Shown: positions 49,990 through 63,436 of the stretch, one piece after another
Layout: the number at the start of each line of letters is the position of its first letter
Position numbering within the stretch: the stretch's first letter is position 1
Origin: the human T2T-CHM13v2.0 reference genome, Homo sapiens
Strand: one strand, 5' to 3'
Assembly (NCBI RefSeq): GCF_009914755.1
Contig: NC_060929.1
DNA length: 64,000 nt
Made by a program: the position numbers and the translations under genes
Notes under the pieces: generated by a model
Seen by the model: the letters and a program-made list of their open reading frames with translations, nothing else
The model's database searches: none
Told to the model about the DNA's origin: nothing

Positions 49990-51250
49990 TTTAACTTTTA
50001 CATTTTTAATTATAGATTCACAGGAAATTGCAAAGAAATGTACGGGAAGGTCCAGTGTACCTTTTACAAAGCTCCCCTCAGTGTTAGCATCTTGTATAAC
50101 TATAGTATAATAACAAAACCAGGTAATTGATGTCGGTATAATTCACAGACCTTATTCAGATACATGCACATTGTGTGTATGTATGTGTGTGCATAGTTTC
50201 ATGTAATTTTTTCTGATATGCAGCGTTGGTAACTAACACTAAAATCAAAATATAGTACTATGTCATTTTATATTCTTACCAGCAATTATTGAGTAATTCA
50301 GTTTCTCTACATCCCTTCCAGCCTTTATCACAATTATGTCATCTGCAAACAAAGTCAGTTTTGTTTCTTCCTTATCAGTTTGTATGCCATTTATTTCTTT
50401 TTCTTGCCTTATTCCACTGGGCAGAGCTTTCAGTACTATGTAAAATAATCCACAGGAAAGTAAGAAAAGATAAACAGAGAAAAAAGACACAGAAAACAAA
50501 CAGAAAATAAATAAAGTGGCAGACTGACACCCTAATATACCAATAATTACTTTAACTGTAAGTGGTCTAAATATACCAACTGAAAGGCAGAGATTGCCAA
50601 AAAAATCATGACCTAATTACACTGTCTACAAGGAACTTACTTCAAACATAATGACATAGGTGGTCGAAAATAAAAGGGTGAAAAAGACATATATTGTGCA
50701 AACAACTTTTTTAAAAGGTGGGATGACTTTTAATATAAGACAAAGTAGACGTAAAGGCATAGAAAATTACAAGAGATAGAGAGGGACCTTACATAATAAT
50801 TAAAAGGTCATTCCACTAAGAAGACAGCAATCCTAACTGTGGATATACCAAACAACAGAGAGGCAAAAAATGTGAAGCAAAAACTGACAAGCACTGGAGA
50901 AAAATAGACAGATCCATAATTATAGCTGGGAACTTACACATCCCACTCTCAACAATTAATAGAAGTATTAGAAAATCAACAATGATATAGAAGAATTCAA
51001 CAACACTATCAACCGGCAAGATGTACTTGACATATGTAGATCATCCCACTCAGCAACAATAGAATACACATTCTTTTCACGTGACTGTGGAACAATCACC
51101 AACATAGACCACATCCTGGGCCACAAAACAAACATTAACAAATATAAAGGAATTGAAATCATACGGAGTATGTTCTCTACCATAGTGAAATCAAACTGGA
51201 AATGAATAACAGAAAGGCAACAGGAAGATCGTCAAACACATAGAAATTAA
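49990..51250. mobile_element. Old L1M fragments (antisense 3' end and RT piece, then sense endonuclease region)
   Basis: 'aattatagattcacaggaaattgcaaa' (antisense 3' UTR); ORF 50263-50499 IRQEKEINGIQTDKEETKLTLFADDII; sense EN-region DNA at 50480-51250. Confidence 0.75.
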
Positions 51251-52169
51251 GGATCTTTCGAAACCTTCCCTAAGGCTTTCTCATCTCACATTATCTCACT
51301 AGATGGTTTATAATGTAAAACTTTCCTGTCCATCATTTATATATTCGTCTTGCAAGATCTAAGGAGAATAAGGAAAATAAGTAAAAGCTCAGAAAAGAAA
51401 CGTTACCTCTCCAATATGAGAAACAATTTTTTACCCTTTCATTTGATGAAAAGTGGAGGGCACTGATGAACTCCCCAATCTGTAGCCTCTCCCTGAGTCA
51501 TGCCTGCAGGCTCATAAGTAATTTAGGGTGTTGAACCTACTCAACTGAGATTTTCGGCATCAAGTATAAATCTGCCCTTCTCTTCAGCTGCCTGTTGCTT
51601 TCTGAGGACAGACAACCTTAAGGCCCATTACCAAGGGAGGAATGGGTTCCCTGGGCAGTGGTGTGATGGTCTGTAATCAGGTGTAATTTCGGTAGAACAT
51701 TGCTTTCTGCCTAAGTAATACATGAATTCAACAGAAATGACTCACTCTTGCCCCTTCAAGGAAGATCTTTTTCGTTCAAAGAAAAGGGCCTCCGAGTGAC
51801 TTTAATCAAAAGGCTGATAAACAGAGAGAAGTCCTAGATAGCAGAATGCCCTTTCACTTGTGTCTCTGAGACAAAGGAGGAAAGCCACTGAAAATAGGTC
51901 TATGGTGTTTACAAAAGTGAGACTGACAATGGCAGAGCAGGCAGGGCTTGAATTGTTTCTGACTGCGGGTACTGAAATGGTCTAGAGGTCATGAAAGAAA
52001 ATGCATTGCACTTGGAAAGTGTAGAGCTCCACTTTAGCTTGCAAACACAGATGGTGACTCTAACCTTGGCTTCCTTAATCAGTCTCTATGTCTCATTGAC
52101 TTGTCCGTGGAAAACAGCTACCTTGGACTTAGCTAACAGCTGTTTTTTTTTTCTTATGGAAAAATAAGT

Positions 52170-52690
52170 GCTGTTCTACCATTTAAACCCCTTAAAGGTC
52201 TCCCTGATGCCCTTTGAATAAGGATAAAATTCTTTGCTGTGGCTTGCAGGCAATAGCTCAGGAACTGCACCTATCTGTTGTGTGTCTTCAGCTTCATCTC
52301 TCACCAATCTTCCCCTCCATTCTATACTTCAGCTGGAATAAAATTCAGTCAGTTTTACCACTATATCATGTTCTCTCTCATCCCTGAACCTTTGAATATC
52401 CTATTCTCTCTACCTAGCACACACTTCTGCCTCTCCACATGGGTAACTATTACTCATACTTTGGCTTGCATTTAAATGTTCTCTCCCAGATCCCACCTAT
52501 GACAGGTAGGCCCATCAGAAGCACCCTTTACTGCCCCTATCCAGTACCTGACCCTCTTATGGTTATGACTTGCTTAATAGTCCCTCTTCCGTATAGGTTG
52601 GGAGCTCCATAAGGCGAGAACCATTCTTAGTTTATCATTTATCTCCATTTTCTCATACAGTGCCTGATACCTGAAGGGCACTTCATAATT
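52170..52690 (+). mobile_element. L2 fragment
   Basis: 'gaataaggataaaattctttgctgtggcttgcagg...gggagctccataaggcgagaacca...acagtgcctgatac'. Confidence 0.65.
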
Positions 52691-52790
52691 GATTTTTGGA
52701 TTGATAATCAAAAGAAGAAAAGCAAGAAGGTATTATTCTCTGGTGTTAAAAGTGTCTCCTCATAAATGCAAGCCCTACTCAAACATACTA

Positions 52791-52867
52791 TTAGGTTGGT
52801 GCAAAAGTAATTGCAGTTTCTGCATTTTTTTAATTGCAAAAACCACAATTACTTTTGCACCACCTAA
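52791..52867. mobile_element. MADE1 (Hsmar1-derived MITE)
   Basis: Near-palindrome ttaggttggtgcaaaagtaattgc...caattacttttgcaccacctaa, flanked by a TA TSD (52789-52790 and 52868-52869). Confidence 0.95.
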
Positions 52868-53546
52868 TAACTTTAGACATTAACAATCACAGCATGGCCC
52901 TGCAATCCCCAGCCATGGAAGTGCATTAGAATCATCTGTAGAACCTTTTCAAGATACCAATCTTTGAACATATTGACTGAGTCAGTGCTGTACAATAAAT
53001 GTTTGATGAATTAATATATAAACAAGAATTGAGAAAAGATAAATTTTTCTCCTTCAGAAAATCACCTTTAGCCTCCTCACTGCTTATTACTTTGATAACA
53101 AATGGAAAAGTAACTAAAATATGAAACAAAACGTCCAGGCTTTAAAAACAACTGCACGATCATAGGCAATAACTTAACTTTTTTGAACCTCAGTTTCTTT
53201 ATCAGTCAAGGGAAACTGGTGAACCCTGCCCTGTCTAACTCAAGATAAATGAGAATGAGTATGCAAAAATGCTTTCGTAAGCTGTAAAGCACAGTAGAAA
53301 GCCAGCCATTTTATTATGTCAAAACCCAAACTTAGGATCAGAAATTAATGTCCTTCATTTTCTCCATATCAGCCCAGTAAAGAGTCAGAGAAAAGTGTGG
53401 ACGTGAATATGACTAGAGAGAAACAGATCAAATATTATTTGGTAAAACAGATGCTTAAAATTCCATTTAGAATACATAATGTTCTGAGAGGTTCTTGTCC
53501 TAGATTTCTCTATCATCTGATATTTGTTTTACCCAGGATTCTGTAG

Positions 53547-53748
53547 CATAGATCAGTAAACTAATTCTGCGAAGGGTCAAGATAATAAACATTTTTTACT
53601 TTGTGGACCACACTCATATGATCTCTGTGGTAGGAAGGCAGCCATAGACAGTATACACATGAATAAATGTGGCTGTGTTCCAATAAAACTTTATTTACAA
53701 AAGCAGGCAGTGAAGTAGATTATTCCTATCAGAATTTGCTGATGCCTA
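53547..53748 (+). mobile_element. MER58A (hAT-Charlie)
   Basis: 'gcagccatagacagtata...gtggctgtgttccaataaaactttatttacaaaagcaggc'; 8-bp TSD ttct(g/a)tag. Confidence 0.8.
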
Positions 53749-53773
53749 TTCTATAGTGATCCTAAAGGATGCT

Positions 53774-54160
53774 GTCTCTGTTGCAGGTTGGGTTTCCTGA
53801 AAAGCAGATGCTGACAAGACAGTATGCAAAAGATTAAGTAAGATGGTTCCTTGGGGTCAACACCTGTGGAAGAGAAGGAAAGGAAGCAGGATTGTTTAAA
53901 GCAAGAAATTTGGGCTCTGATGCAGTCCCAGTAAAATTCGCAGTTGACCCCACAGGAAGTTCTGGTGCTGGCATGATTCTTCAGAGTTGTACAGGTTGGA
54001 GGTAGAGGGCCAAGGTTTTATACCCCATATGAATTAGTTATTGGATGACCCTCATCCCCAAGAAGTGGACATAACCTTGGACAAGATGGATCTCTTCAAT
54101 TCCTGGAGGGGTTGACAGCTGAGAGCTTTGCACCAGCAGCACTCCCACTAGCTGGACGTG
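53774..54160 (-). mobile_element. LTR16-family (ERVL) solo LTR
   Basis: 'aggttgggtttcctgaaaagcagatgctga...caacacctgtgga...ggaagcaggattg...gaccccacaggaagttctgg' matches my recollection of antisense LTR16. Confidence 0.65.
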
Positions 54161-57100
54161 CATGCCCTTCCAATGCATAATATTACCTATGATACTCTCC
54201 TGTGGGATTTAGCTCTTTGTAGCATCAATGCAAAATACTTATTTTAAGAGTTTCCAACATCACTGCATTTAGCTTTAGAAAATTGTACCATCACTGTCAT
54301 ATTTCTCAACTGTCTCTTCAAGGACATGGGGGTCATATCATTCTGGGTCTTTTCTTTCTTGGGTTCCATTAGAAATGCAGAAATCTCTGGTTGACAAGAA
54401 TGGCCACATGGCTAGCAAAGAGGTCATACCAAAAGTTTCTTTAAGGCATTACTTAATGTTCATGCAAAGAGGGCAAAGTTTTGGAGACCATGTTATATTT
54501 GTGTAAGCTCCATTAGTAACAAGCCTGGCTCCTGAATGCTACTTCAGGGATAGATAGCATGAAAAATCTTGGGAAAGGAATAGCATTGCAGAAAGTCCTC
54601 CAATATTAAAAACTTAAGAAATGTGCTTTAGGCCTTGGATTTAGTACCTTCACTTGTGTCCAAGGGTTTATATTACAAAGAGGATTGAAGTACACTAAAT
54701 TGTGAGCCAGGCTAGATTACTTCTAGGATGTCTTCTAACTCAAGGTCTGAGATTCTAAGAGACTCCACAGGGTCTTCAACATTTTCCAGATTTTAGCTTT
54801 GCTAATTGCATATGCTCTCAAGAATTACATTTCAGCTGAAATTCACTGAGTTAGTGCACTCCCATCACAACCAAAATGCATTCTGAGTGGTTTTACAGCA
54901 ACAGCTTGTGGCTGACAGGCAATGGAAAAAGATACAGGATAATCTATGGCCTCCAAGGAATCAGTCCAGGAGTAAAGACAGCCTCAGGGCTTTCAAGGTG
55001 GTTCTTATCAGCATAGCACTAGAGCACCTGCATTTTCTCGTGGACAGAAGAATCAGGGAGCTGGCTTTGCACAGTGTTGGATTTGAGATTTCCCTTCTGC
55101 ACTTCATTTTCCCGATGGCAAAATAAGAGGGAGGCCCCAAATGAACTTTAAGCTTCCTCTCAGCCTTAACACTCCATGACTAAAACATAAACTTGGTCCA
55201 GTAACTTGTCTTCCATCTGTGCCCCCGTAAAAATTAAACCTAAGAGAAGCTATTAAAGGAATGCCTGAGCAAAAATGTAATTTGTCTTTGGATAGACATA
55301 AAGTTACTGTTAAGAAAATAATTTCCAGTGGCATCCAGGGTGGCTCTTCACTAGAGAGCCAGGCTTGTGTTTTAATAAGGCTTTGAGCCAGATACAGAGA
55401 GGAGAGAAACTATTCTTCATGAATCCAGGCTGTGGCATTCTTCACAAAGACCTTGAAGAACGCAGACCCCAAGCTCTCGGGATGCTTTATCATTTTATCT
55501 AGAATTAAATTAATAAACTTGGTAAAGTCTGTGCTCTATAGAAAGTCTGTGTTAGCACACATAATGAAAACGGAAGCAAAACTGTTCATAAATAGATTAT
55601 GAAGCCAGAAAATCTGTAGCGGTCAAAGAGAAACAATTGTTTGAAGTTACTTAAGCCCAGCCAAAAGTCTGTTGCTAGCCACTCTCTGGAAATGCAATAC
55701 CTCTTCCATCTCCTCCAGCCTCCCACTTATCACAGTGCAGTTGCATCTTTCTGTTGGTCTAGGGTTTCTAATTGAGCATTACTCAGTTTGCATTTCTATC
55801 ATGGAGACGCAGAGATGTCTGTAGGTTATCAGAAGAAAGAACCCTTGATAGACTGTGTAGGTGAACTCCCTTTCCCTACATAGGGTCCAGGAAGAAATTA
55901 CCTATAATTTGTAACAGTGCAGCCTGGGATCACCTGAATCATCTCCTCACATGTGAAAATAAAAATCAACTGAGAAATTAGAATATGTTGAGAAAGAAAA
56001 GCAAAGAGAAGGGGGAGGAAAAAAGTATCAGAATACAGCCAAGATGCACGTTATCGTCATCTGTTTGTTTTAATTGAATGGTTTGTGTCTTCAGGCAATC
56101 TCATTATTCTCCCCAAAGCAGAAGTGCTGAATGAAGACACAAACTTCATTAACCTTTGAATGCTGAAATCAATAATCTGCAATAAATCTAAGCTAATTTG
56201 TTGCCAATAAATTTCACAAAATGCAGTGTTTTATAGCTGGGGACTTCCGAGGATGGGGTAAAAGCATCCACATCTGTATCAAGATGGTATCTGGGGTTTG
56301 TCTTGTTGGGTTTTAGGATCCTCTGAACAGGAAACAGGTTAATTACATATACATAGAACATGATTTTCCAGTAGGGTTAATAATCTGTTTTTTTAGTTGT
56401 GAACACAATGGGACCTTTTCTTGTCCCATGACTCTTTCTAATAAATGACGCGAATAAAGAGAAACAAACAGCTGCCTGAAAGTTCCTTCTCTTTCTTTCT
56501 GCTCTGAAAAGCAGGGATGTAGCCCCCCTCAGAAGAACTGGGAAGGGATTCCTTGAGCCTCAAAACAGAGTCTGGCTTCACTCACATAGTGACTAGCACA
56601 TAGTAGGCACCCAAAAATATTGGTTGAGATAATAATAAAATGATGACCCTGACCTTTGAGAGTCAACATTTGCTTGCTAAAGATATATGTATATGTAGGT
56701 GTGTATATGCATACATGTATTTATATGTACATATGTGTTTATATACAGGTATGTGTATGTACCTATATATTACATACACACACACACACACGTCTGAGTT
56801 AGAGAGTAGGATACATGCTTGTTTATCTTGGATAATAAAAGAATGAGACAATGAAGTATTTGGCAGTTACAGGGAAGAGACTGGGAATCAGGGTAACAGG
56901 AAGCAGGAAGAACTCTAAGCCTGCACTGCAGTGGAAACTCCATGAGAGCAGCACTTTGTCGTGGACACCAAGTCCCCAGTGCCTCACACAGTGCCTACGA
57001 CAAAGGAGGTGCTCAGCAAGTGCTTCATGGCCAAGGCGAAGGAAGGTAAGTGGATGAGGAAATTGTTACAAGAAATAGGAGAAACAGGAGAGCAGTTATA

Positions 57101-57716
57101 AGTTTTCTGTAAATGGTATCCACAGAGAGCAGAGAATATCTGTAGAAGTAAAACAACAGGACCGCTCATGTGAACATGTAACAAGCCACCTATTCCAATG
57201 GCTTTCTCCCTCCTTGGGCATGAGCCTCTCCTTAGCCAGGAGAAGAGTTCTGTGTTCTAAGGCAGTGCATCAAAAACCATAGTGTCCAAATGTGAAAGAG
57301 CAGGTCCCTATCATCCTGTCTTATCTCACTGATGTCTCCTCTCCTAGGTCAAATGAAATCACTTTATGGATCTCAAAACACCAGTGAGCCCTCTCACCAC
57401 CAGACCCCATACTGAAGTGCTCCTGAGAGGAGAAGCCACCCATGGCTGCTGAGCATCTGGCATCAAAATGAGGGCTAACAATGCCCTCTAACACAAAGTA
57501 GCTCCTGGTTCAGTAGCAGTCATTTAACAGATGCTGCTTCCCCTGTTGGTTTTGCCCCCAGCCCACTAGAAGTCTCATGAACTGTTACTTAATGAGCTAA
57601 AACCCACTCCCTAGGTAAGGGAAGCAGAAAAGATAGATGTTGTTGCACCAGTTTCAGATCTCCAGTGAGTGGCGTACCACTGCTCAGACTGACATATTTA
57701 ATGAAGGACTTTTAAA

Positions 57717-57903
57717 GCAGTGTTTGCCAAACTGTCATCTCCAGGCTACCTGCACTGGCATCACCTGGATGGCAGCTAACAATTCAAATTCCCAGGACCC
57801 ACTACCAGAGATTTGTGTAAGAAAAGGTCCCAGACAGGGCCAAGGAATCTACATTAACGAGCATCCTAAAAAATCACAAGCACACTAAAGCTTAAGAACC
57901 CTG
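57717..57903. mobile_element. MER5-type hAT element
   Basis: 'cagtgtttgccaaact...ggcatcacctgg...aaattcccaggaccc...cactaaagcttaagaaccctg'. A similar, more decayed copy lies at about 49550-49700. Confidence 0.65.
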
Positions 57904-58883
57904 ATTCCAAAATAAATTTATTTCCTTCCTGCTCCCTGAGAGTTTCAAAACATCAGGTCTTTACTCACATTGGAATGTAGGGTATTCCCTGAAAAGCACA
58001 GTCAAAATAGAGCACGGAATCAATATGTATTTGTTGAGTATCTGCTGTGTGACAGGCAGTATAGTGTGGAGGGGAGGGAGGCCCTCTGGAATGAGGCTGT
58101 GGGAGTTCGAACCCCCATTCTGCCACTTAGCAGTGTGAAAAATTTGGCAAATTAATTAACCTCTTCACATATTAGTTTCCTATTTGTAAAATGAAGATGA
58201 TAACCACAGCACCTGTCTTATGGGGTTGTTAATAAGTTAAACACATGGAGTGTTCAGATCACAGCCTGGCCCAAGATAGGTGCCTAACTAATACAATAAC
58301 TAAGTGTTTACTGTTATTATTACTATGGGAACTGGGATTTAAAAAGTTATCCCTGCCCTCATGGCACTTAAAATAAAAGGAAAGGCAGGCATGAGCCACA
58401 ATCTGTAAAGAAGGAATTAACTAGATACGAGAGTGAGAGTGCTTGGAAGGAGAATGACCAGTTGTTATTAGGTTGTATGAAAACGTGGTTCTAACAAGGA
58501 TCTGTCAGGACAGAGTGATCCAGGACGGCAGGAATCACTTAGCAAAAGCCATAGAGTAGCAAGAACCAGGTGCAGGAGTCTCAACATCGAGATTCTAGCC
58601 CCATCCCTGCCTCCAAACTAAACTATGGTATGCCAAGGCAGGTCCTTCTCCTCTCTGAACCTCAGTTGCCCCACATGAAAAATAAGAGGCTTAGCTGAGA
58701 TGATCTCAGGTCCTTTCAGCTGTGATATAGCAGCAGGAGAGAGAACAGGTAAGCTTTGTCCCTGGCGCCCCAGAGCCCATGCTGTGAGGACCAGAGGGAA
58801 GGCAGAGGACAGGCAGGGGGAAGGAGACAGGAGTACCCAGGGTCAAAAACATCCTTCCTCTTGCCAAAGTTCTCTCGAGCCAA

Positions 58884-58946
<63 letters not shown>

Positions 58947-59034
58947 TATATATACATATATATATATATTTGGCTCAAGAGAGTGTGTATATATGTATAC
59001 ACATATATACATATATATACGTGTATATATATAC

Positions 59035-59066
<32 letters not shown>
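58884..59066. repeat. Compound (AT)n/(AC)n/(GT)n microsatellite containing an inverted copy of its own flank
   Basis: Read directly from the sequence; see findings. Confidence 0.95.
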
Positions 59067-60121
59067 TTAATTTTTTCTCAGAAATTGTATTTTCTAAAAT
59101 AATACCAGGCTTATTGTCTGAGTCTGTAGAAACAGAAACACATGTTTTCATGTTGCCACATGTAATAGAAAATTAGTGGTGAAACGAAGGGAAAGGAGAG
59201 AGGAAGGGAAAGGAGGTCCAAAGGCAGAAGAGAGAGAGAGAAAGGGTGGAGAAGAGCTGAAAAAGAGGAAGAGGACAAGAGAGGAGGTGAAAACCAGGAG
59301 ACACATCAGCTGAAAGTTTGGGGAATGTCCTTAGAAAGCAGGATTTGCAATTCAATAGCTGCCCACTCCTGTTCTGTCTCTTTCCCCCCTTCATCCACCT
59401 CTCAGACTCTATTCTAACTATATTACAGGACCTTTCAGTTGCTTCATCTCTCCTCATGTATTTCTCTGAGTAGCAATAATAGATGAATGACAAGAACTAC
59501 CAACCTACTTCCAAGGTAAAGATTGGAAACTGCCTTTCTGTAAGTGAGAAAAATTTTTAGATTAACCTGTCCGCCTATATGAACTCTTATGTTCCTGTTA
59601 TAAACATTACCTGGAGCTGGAAAGAGAAAACAAAGACTAGAAAGATGGAGTGCTAAGAGCCTGCTCATTTTGTAGATGGCGAGATGGAGGTGCAGAAAAG
59701 AGCTGCGACCTGTAAAGAATTACAGAGCGAGGAGGTGCCAGGGCTGAGAGCGGCACACAAGTCACCCATTGCCTAGTCCTAATGAGACACATTCACAAGG
59801 ACAAGAAAAAGCATTTCACATTTCAACAGTTACATACATACAGCAATATGTGTTAGTGAAATTAGCATATCACATCCATGACTTGAGGGACATTATTGCT
59901 TAGGGCAAGGCTAAATTATGTATCTGTGTTTAAAATGTGAGTCAGTTTAAGGAAAAATATTAGGTAAATAATGCAACCGTTGATACTTGTGTTACTGATG
60001 ACTCCTGGCTGGATCTTAAATTACTGAGAGAGACTATGTTTCTAGCCCTTCAGTAAGAAAAAAAGAAATCCATCCAGCTTGCAAACCTCCTGAGCCCCCT
60101 CTGAAAAGTCAAACAGCTCAC

Positions 60122-60249
60122 CTTGTGGCACCTCCTCCCCTCCCGGAATAAGCCAGGGAAATGAGAGTTGGGTATTCAAAGGAGTCAGACAAGCATAATA
60201 TCATATATACACTCAACATCCATCTCCTGTATGAAACCTCATTGTTCCT
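60122..60249 (-). other. Candidate 128-nt exon of an unidentified transcript
   Basis: Minus strand: acceptor tttactttttgttacag| and donor AAG|gtgagc; one open frame, no recognisable protein. Confidence 0.3.
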
Positions 60250-60504
60250 CTGTAACAAAAAGTAAATATTTACCATGAGCCAGGAGAGGTAGTGAATGAT
60301 CAGCCTCTGGGCCATCAATCACCATGAGCCATGCTCCAATTTTAATAACCCTCGTAAGAGAGGGCAGGCAAGGATGGCAAAGACTGTCCAGGAGATAAGA
60401 GTTTGTCAGAGGAGTCAAATCGCTCAGAGTGGAAGAATATGAGGTGAATTGTTCAAGCGTGCAGACTGTGAAGGTCCCTAAAGATGGGTTTATAAAGTTG
60501 AGGC

Positions 60505-60735
60505 AGCAGGACAGAGTGGTTAGGAGCACAGCCTCTGCAGCTAGACTACCTGCTCCTCCACTTATCAGCTGAGGGAGCCTGGACATGACAATTTCCCGGG
60601 GGGCCTTTACTACATCTGTGCAGTGGGGATAATAAGAGGATCCACTTCATAGGGTTGCTGTGTGGACAAAATGAGTTCCTGCAGGCAAAATGCTTATAAC
60701 AGCAGGAGCCTAGGAAGTGCTCAGCAAATATGTCT
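60505..60735 (+). mobile_element. MIR
   Basis: 'agagtggttaggagcacagcctctgcagctagactacct...gggataataa...cttcatagggttgctgtg...aagtgctcagcaaat'. Confidence 0.75.
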
Positions 60736-61365
60736 AGGGTGTCAGGAGGTAGAAGCCTTTCTTGGCTGTAAGAAGATGGCCAGGAGGGTGGTTACTCAAT
60801 CTCTGTTAGCCATGGTGCACTCAGCAGTCCAGGAGTTCAATTGAGCTGATTTAGAATTTATGTAATTGTTCAAGCTCATGTGGCCAGTAGGTGGTAGAGC
60901 CAGGATTTGAACCTAAACAGTCTGTCTCCAGAGTTTATGGGCTCAATCATTGTGCTATGTCACCTCTCTTCAGTGAAGAAGAGATCACAACACATTTGTT
61001 GTTGGTTTTTTTTTTTTTAAATTCTTTTTGCTGCTATTCACCCTTTCCTCTTTCAGATGTAGGAACTGACTAATTCTCCAAGGGAAAGGTAAATTACTCA
61101 AGTGAAAATAAAAGCGCCAAAGTTCAGAAAACTTAACGTTCTAGCCCCAAGTGGAATGGCTGGAGGAATTGGGAATGATTACACCTGGAGTGGGATTTTT
61201 TGGGCAGAGGATGAGTCTTTGTGTACTGAGGACAGCTATGGTGAAAAGAACCTAGCCTGTTCTCCATGGCTGTAGAGACCCAACTGCACTGAATGAGAGG
61301 TTATCCAGAAAGAAATTCTGGTTCAGTGTTAAGACAGAACATTCCAGAAGATATCACATAGTGGC

Positions 61366-61729
61366 TGCAGTGAACTGAATGCTTGTGTCTTTCTAAAATT
61401 CATATGTTGAAATCCTAACTCCCAATGTGATGATGCTAGGAAGTGGAGCCTTTGGAAGGTAATTAGGTTGTCAAGGTGGAGCCCTCATTAATGGGATTAG
61501 TGCACTTATAAAAGGGACCCCAGAGAGTTCCCTGGCTCTCTTTCCACCATGTGAAGATGCAAGAAGGCAGTCATCTGCAATCTGGAAGATATTCCTCACT
61601 AGAATCTGACCATGCTGACACCATGATTTCTGACATCCAGCCTCCAGAACTGTGAGAAACACATTTCCGTTGTTTATAAGCCACGTGGTTTATAGCATTT
61701 GTTATAGCAGCCCAAATAGACTAAAGGCA
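61366..61729 (+). mobile_element. MLT1A0-like MaLR solo LTR, adjoining a MIR that continues to about 61960
   Basis: 'tg...aaattcatatgttgaaatcctaactcccaatgtgatg...tatagcagcccaaatagactaaaggca'; 5-bp TSD (g/a)tggc. Confidence 0.88.
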
Positions 61730-63436
61730 ATGGCTGAGAACTTAAATTCAAGTCAGACAAATTCTACCTCCACCACTTACTATTTGTGTGACCATAGGCA
61801 ATTACGTAGTCTCTCTGAGCCTCCAGTTCTTCATCGCAAAATAAAGAGAAGGGCTTAGTGGTATGCGTCTCCTAAGACCAATATTATCTTTAAATGAAAT
61901 AGAGCAAGTAAAAAAGGTTAGCACAGCACTTGGCTTATAATAATCCCACAATGCATGTTGACTGTAAAACTGGTGTAGATTATGAGCAAATGGAAACATT
62001 TCTCTGAGTAAAGAGGACTCTTTCTTCATATTTTATTCCTCTCTAGATGCTTTTTATGTTTAAAATATTTTTGGAAGATCATTTATCCATCCTTCTATTC
62101 ATTTAGTGAATAGACGTTTCCTGAGCACCAACTAGTTGTAATGCTCTGAGGGCAGAGCATGAGAATATTGAAACAGTGTGCTTATATTCCAATGAAGGAG
62201 GCAGGCATGAAGAAATAATTACCCAATTCATCATTTAACTATAATTATAATATATGCTGTGAAGGATAATTCTAGAGCCACCACCAGAACATTTAACAAA
62301 GGGACTGATCTAGCTTTGGCAGGGACATCATGGGGCCCTCCAAGGAAGTAAGTTTTGAGCCAGGTCACCTCAATGCGATGCTGTGATTTGTAGCCAAAGT
62401 TCTGTGTGAACCCACAGAAGGCAGTTATTAGGAAGTCTTAGATGACCCAGGAAAGTGTCACAAATGATTGGATTTGAGCTAGGTCATGAAGGATAAGGAA
62501 CATTTCCCTAGGAAGAGAAAGGAAAGAAGAATGTTTGTTGTACAGGACTTTGTAAAGACTTGGAGGAAATCTCAGAACAGGGACTCAGATAATATTAATT
62601 TTGTTTTGAGCAGACAGTATTAGCAAAAATTCAATTAAAACCTATTCTTTAAAGATTTTCACTGCAGTGTTATTTATCAAGAAAAATTGGAAATAACTAT
62701 AAAAATAATTGTCTAACAGTTGTGGAAATTTAAACTAAATTAAGCCCAACAGGACTTTCTACATAATACTACAAATATATTAAATATATTCTTCAAGAGC
62801 CTGTGATAACAAGGGAAATCTTATTTAAAGTACCAAGGGAAAATAGAGAGATATAAAATTGCAGTTATCATGTGAGCACAACCATATTATTTCAACCTAT
62901 GAATATTATTCTGAGAAACAGAAAAGGAAATAAATATAGAAAAATTATATCAGCTTATTTTAAAGTATAGAAAGTTTTTTTCAATTTGTATTTTTAAAAT
63001 TTTAATTTTTTTTTTGAGAAAAGGTCTCGCTATGTCGCCCAGGCAGACCCACCCACTGTGCTTCAACACATGCATGGCCAGGAAGGTGCCCATTCCTCCC
63101 TGGACCCCACCCGTTTAAAGCAGTTTCAGCATCCTTGACACAGTGATGCAGAACCTTTCAGGATTTGCTGGAAGCCACAGCCCAGCCTCTTGATGCAAAC
63201 TGAATTCAGCCAGTGTGTGAAGAGAAGACCCTTTCCCTTGTGTGGAGTTTGAATCCCGTGTTCCTAGCCTTTGCAAAGCTCTACATTAAGTCTATATCCT
63301 GCTCTTGAAGGAGTCCTGACGGGTGCCAGGTGTATTTTTGTGCAATGGGAACCAATAAAACAGGTGTATCTTGGGAACTGCCATTGGAGTGAGAGAAAGA
63401 GAGGTTTTCTACAGTTGTAGAGTAGATGATAGCACT

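Noticed and set aside
58700-59176. Overlapping 98-158-aa ORFs
   Set aside because: They are artefacts of stop-free dinucleotide repeats (HT, YI and CV runs).
59186-59290. Purine-rich tract as H-DNA or G-quadruplex
   Set aside because: It is interrupted, has no long mirror repeat and lacks four closely spaced G3 runs.
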